Below the pieces are notes generated by a model. That model saw only the letters and a program-made list of their open reading frames with translations. It made no database searches and was not told where the DNA came from. A stretch of 41,251 nt of DNA from Macrostomum lignano. Its lineage: Eukaryota. This document shows positions 37,205 to 41,251 of this stretch, piece after piece; the stretch's first letter is position 1, and each line of letters begins with the position of its first letter. The translations under genes were made by a program, and so were the position numbers. Location: positions 1 through 41,251 of the forward strand of contig NIVC01003122.1 of assembly GCA_002269645.1 (NCBI GenBank). The letters run 5' to 3'.

Positions 37205-39102
37205 CTTACTTGACGTAGCTGCAGGGCTGTCCCGGGGGGACACAGCGGGAAGGCACGAACGCCCATTCCGCTAATCCCTAAACGGCCGATGCGTCGCTAT
37301 GGACGAAGGGTTGGCGCCGCCAGGGAGGTCCCCTACTGTCGCAGCAGCTATGGTGCTCTCTGGAAAGGAGAGTTCAGCCCTGCGGGGGCCCAGAGGTACA
37401 TGTAGCGCATGAGCTAATTAAGTTTTCGGGTTTGCACGCTTCAGTAATAGATGTGTGTGGCCCGAGGTAAGTGAGTCTGGCTCGCGTAAAGGCGGGACAG
37501 ATGCTGACAGAAGCAGCCGTGACCTGAGAGGGTCATGGTGGCAGCCCGGATGTCGCTGCTCGAGAGGCGCAGGACGAGCTTCCGGAGCTGGTGAGAGGGC
37601 TGAGGGACAGTGCCTCTGGATTGCATGCAGGTAGTGTAGTTCGCCCAGTCGAGCGGTGCTGGGTCCTGATCCACGCTTTGATTCGCGAGTCGATGACACA
37701 GCCAGGATAACGTTTGGTCCAGCTGCGGTGCTCTTTGCGGGGACAAAAACCACGTAGGGACTCTTTGGACGCTGGCCTTCGCGAAGAAAAAGGGCTCCGC
37801 GAGGTCAGCATCCAAGGAGACCGTCGTCAGCCGCTGGAGCAGCTGCTGAGCGTCCTCCTCACTGCGGAGCAATAAGAACGAATGTGCTTCGCAGCACCAT
37901 CCGCTCAATGCCAATGGAGATTCCCTCCTCGACAGTCAGCTCAATCAGATAGGAGTCAATAGCACTCCACCACATTTTGAAGCTGACCAGTGGTCCAGTC
38001 CTGGTCGCGACCTTGAATGATCACTCCCGGGATTTTGGCCTTGGCCTTCGCCGCAAAGGTAGCTCCCGAAGGAACCTCCTTGTTGGCAGTGCTATTTGTT
38101 GCGCCATGGTTTCGGCCTCAGCAGCCGCAGCAGCATCTCCAGGGAGCGCCCTGGCGAACTACTGGAGCTTCCACCGGCCGCCCGTCTGGTTGCCTTGGGA
38201 CGCCAGTCGCTTCAGCATCCATGGTGGACGCCGCCACTTTGGCCCCGCGGCTCCCTTCTTGGCCTGCCTTTTGGCGCGTTGCTTAGCGCGTTTGCGCTCA
38301 AGCCGAGCCCGCTGAGCTTCGTCGGATCTGCCAGATTTGGCCGGTCCTTTAGGTTCAGAGCCCGCGTTCCCTTAGATCCACCAGTAGAGCTGGCAGGTCT
38401 TTGGGTACTTTTGTTTTGGTAGCTCTCTGGTCGGATCTGCCAGCAGAGCCAGCCGGTCCCTTTGCCACAGTTGAATCAGTCGGTTGGGATCTGCCAGCAG
38501 GGCCGGCCGGTCCGTCGGACTGAGGTTGGGTTTAGAAGGGTCCCCGTCCTAGAATTAGCTTGATTATCCATAGTCGGCTCGAAGGCCATGATAAAGGTTG
38601 GTAGGCTACCCTCAAAGGGGAGCGGTACCCACCCGGCTGCTCCACCTGACCGGAAGTAGGCCAAAAGAACCCTCAAGGCTGGCCCGACACCAGGAGGGGG
38701 ACCGCTAGCGACCGACTACTCCCCGGCCTTCCAACCCTCGGCACGGTCGAACACCTTAGGCATTAGAGGGTACGTTGAGCAGTACCACGGCCTGCGGACT
38801 GGCGAGCCAAACTGCATACCCTAGTTCGGCAAAAGCCACTAGATGGGTTCCCAGCGCCGGCAGCTAGTCAGTCCGGCAGCCCTAGGGTCTGCCTTGAACA
38901 CTCGCGGGGACGGGTACCCCTGGGTCGGCTTGCGAAACTACGTGGGAAGGGGTCTGCGGCTGCCAGCGGCAAATAGAGGGTGCAGACCTCCACCAGCCTT
39001 TACCTGCTGAAGATAGGGGCAGGCGTGGAGCATCGCAGACCTTAGCCCATAGGCCTGGTCTGTCTCATACTTCACTGGCATGCTGAATACGTCCGTGCGA
39101 GC
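37205..39102 (-). mobile_element. Internally deleted non-LTR retrotransposon (LOA/R1-like LINE), 1898 bp
   Basis: Perfect 11-bp TSD GAAGAAACGGT (37194-37204 / 39103-39113). Decayed ORF1-like segments (GPAG[P/S]AGRS repeats, QRARLERKRAKQR, TFAAKAK..VII, VVFVP) are joined directly to an ORF2 C-terminal segment (IKAWIRTQH..W...TCMQSR..P......LRLSSSDIR....LSGHG.F..HL). No APE, RT or RNase H visible. Confidence 0.75.
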
Positions 39103-39211
39103 GAAGAAACGGTTGGTAAGTGGGGCGAAGGGCCCAAACGGTTATACGGGTAACGAGTAAATTCAACTAAAGGGGGTTGAGTGGAGAAGAAAGAAGGGGT
39201 TGACGAGTGGG

Positions 39212-39456
39212 GTCGCCATCATAAACCGAAAAATCACAACTCCGAAAGCCAAAATAGCATTGCTCATTAGCGCTGAAAAAATCACAACCCGAAATATCAT
39301 CATAACTCCGAAAGTGTTAGCAACGCCCATCATAAACCGAAATATCATAAACCGAAAAATCACAACTCCGAAGCCAAAATAGGGTTGGACATTGCTAGAA
39401 CTTTTTTGGAGTTATGATATTTCGAGTTTGTGATATTTCGGGTTTATGATGGGCGA
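39212..39456. mobile_element. Foldback / MULE-like MITE remnant with subterminal ATCATAAACCGAAA repeats
   Basis: CGCCCATCATAAACCGAAATATCA repeats (39214, 39324) are inverted at 39405-39456 (..TTTCGGGTTTATGATGGGCG). No convincing TSD. Confidence 0.5.
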
Positions 39457-39845
39457 TTTCGCAAAAGTAAGTACCACAGAAAAATTCTCGCGAAGTGTTG
39501 CTGCATTGCGAGTTCTAATAGACAGAGACACTACAACATTGAGACGAGTCGTAGCTTACCTGTGACTACCTGCGTATAATGCATCGATTTACGCAAGCTT
39601 GCGACAAGGACCACGTATATATGTTTTGGAATTTAATGCACATATATCCGCGGTACGGTATCACAGCATGAAGGACTACTTTAAGTAAGTATATACGTTA
39701 TACTAATCATCCTTTATTACATGTACGGACCAAAGAAACTCAAATCTATTTACTTTCGTCTTTTGCTGCGCATGTGCACATATATCATGTGTATCGACAT
39801 GCATCTACAACAATAAGTAACTTCATATGAATATTATATATTTAG

Positions 39846-40044
39846 AAACAGAAGAATACAGAAGAATGAGATTTGCTGGTTTTTCAGGTTTGTCACTACA
39901 AAGAGATATTTAAATAAATTGAATTTCAACACCATCCAGTCGGTTTCTTTTTCGTCAAATCCAAAAACCAAGGAGTTAGAAGAGCAGAAATGCACACACG
40001 TACATATGCTTTGCGTACTATTCATCACAGAACCAATACAATCT
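39846..40044 (+). pseudogene. Candidate exon of a decayed AT-rich spliced gene (unidentified)
   Basis: Stop-free frame NRRIQKNEICWFFRFVTTKRYLNKLNF...HMLCVLFITEPIQS between TTTAG| (or TTTTCAG| at 39887) and |GTAAGG at 40045. Confidence 0.35.
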
Positions 40045-40424
40045 GTAAGGAATATATAAATAAGCAAAAAGCTATCGGCTTTTTTAGTAGCTCTATTTTT
40101 AGTATATGGATTAGTCTAATGAAAAAGTTAAATTGTTATACTTCAATTATCGCTTTGGACGCCGATGTTCTGTTTTTCGCAAAATTTAAATTTGTTTCAA
40201 ATTTAGAATTAAGAGATTGTAATTTGATGTATATGGTCTAGAGCTAGAGAATAAGTCTTAGTCGAAGATATATATATTTAGATATATAACATATTATTGT
40301 ATTATATTTATTCATTCCTACTAACATTTTTGTAGTTTGCATGCACTGCCGATTTCATGCAGATTTTATTAAAAGACAATTAAATTTATTTAGATTTTTA
40401 AGACTTCTTGTATAAATTTTACAG

Positions 40425-40536
40425 GGGGTTAAGCAGGTTCGACAACAAGAGAGTTTTCGATGAAAGAAGGAATCTTTAATGATGACGAATCTTTGTCATC
40501 AGTAGTTGTCAGCAGGTGCAGCTGAAATTATAAAAG
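40425..40536 (+). pseudogene. Second candidate exon (disrupted) of the AT-rich spliced relic
   Basis: TTTTACAG| acceptor and AAG|GTAAGT donor. Protein-like GLSRFDNKRVFDE..GIFNDDESL...SAGAAEIIK needs indels and contains a stop. Confidence 0.3.
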
Positions 40537-40874
40537 GTAAGTGTAAAATTCAAATTGTCATTTATAGCTGCACTGTGACTTTAGGTCTAATATGATATAA
40601 ATGCTGCGACACAAGTACAATTTGCTGCTCGATCTAAAAGTATTGTTAATGTTATTATTTTTCTAGGAGCATACTTGCAATAAACTACATAATCAAAGCC
40701 ATTTTTCTTTATAATTATAATACAATTTGTGAGTTGTGATTGAAATTAATAATAAATTTGCTAATGATAATCTAAAGACATATAGCATTTCATAAAAAGT
40801 TTCAAGAAAAAAATCTGTCACTTTCTGCAAGTCTAGGCATTTGCCTCAACCTTGGCTAAACTATTGTGACTAAA

Positions 40875-40965
40875 TTGGCTTAGGGCAAAATGGTCTATGG
40901 GCAAAATTGTTATGGGCAAAATGGTTTAGGCAAAACATAAGGCCAAAATGGTTTAGGGGTAAAAC
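40875..40965. repeat. Short degenerate ~15-bp repeats (GGCAAAATGGTTTA)
   Basis: About five G/GCAAAAT[G/T]GT units, reminiscent of DNA-transposon subterminal repeats. Confidence 0.6.
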
Positions 40966-41251
40966 AACCAATTACCATATGGCTTAGTTGGCTAAGTATT
41001 AAGCTTAAGTCTATATCATGTTATTTATGCTATAAATTTAGATATATATTAATAGTATGTAATATAAGATATATGAGTATGTGATAAATCTAATGACAAG
41101 TATTTAAAGGATTAAACATTTGGTAATAATAGAATTTATTAATATATTAGACAATAAATTATATAAAAGGAAAATATACCCTATCTGAATGCAAATGCAA
41201 ACTAGAATGCAAATAAATATCCAAGGTCTAATTTTAAGATATGATTTGGCA

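Noticed and set aside
38900-39102. HDV-like ribozyme at the LINE 5' end (known for some R2/RTE/LOA elements)
   Set aside because: I could not find a P1 complement or a P3/L3 arrangement by eye; a descriptor search (RNArobo/Infernal) would be needed.

Overview
Repeat-rich animal genomic DNA with spliceosomal introns, SINEs, MITEs and satellites. The style (GC-rich exons among many local minisatellites) resembles an invertebrate such as a Macrostomum-type flatworm, but the organism cannot be determined from the sequence. The one well-supported protein gene is a two-exon, minus-strand rhodopsin-class peptide-type GPCR (exons ~27947/27917-27623 and 24118-23274, 379 aa from Met 27917) with degenerate D2.50, DRY and NPxxY motifs. 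About 8 kb upstream on the same strand is a candidate neuropeptide precursor: signal peptide plus dibasic/amidation sites, with two overlapping frames that each end in an amidation signal. There is also an orphan Ala/Gly-rich minus-strand first exon (15135-14994). Roughly a third of the window is tandem repeats, including a 3.8-kb (GATA)n tract, and these explain nearly all long ORFs in the track. Mobile elements: three tRNA-derived SINE copies (two CORE-like and inverted), a hAT MITE with a perfect 8-bp TSD, a foldback MITE nested in a SINE, a 76-bp hairpin MITE, a decayed mariner, a P-like transposase relic, and a TSD-flanked, internally deleted LOA/R1-type LINE. All family assignments come from motif recognition by eye; no database search was run.
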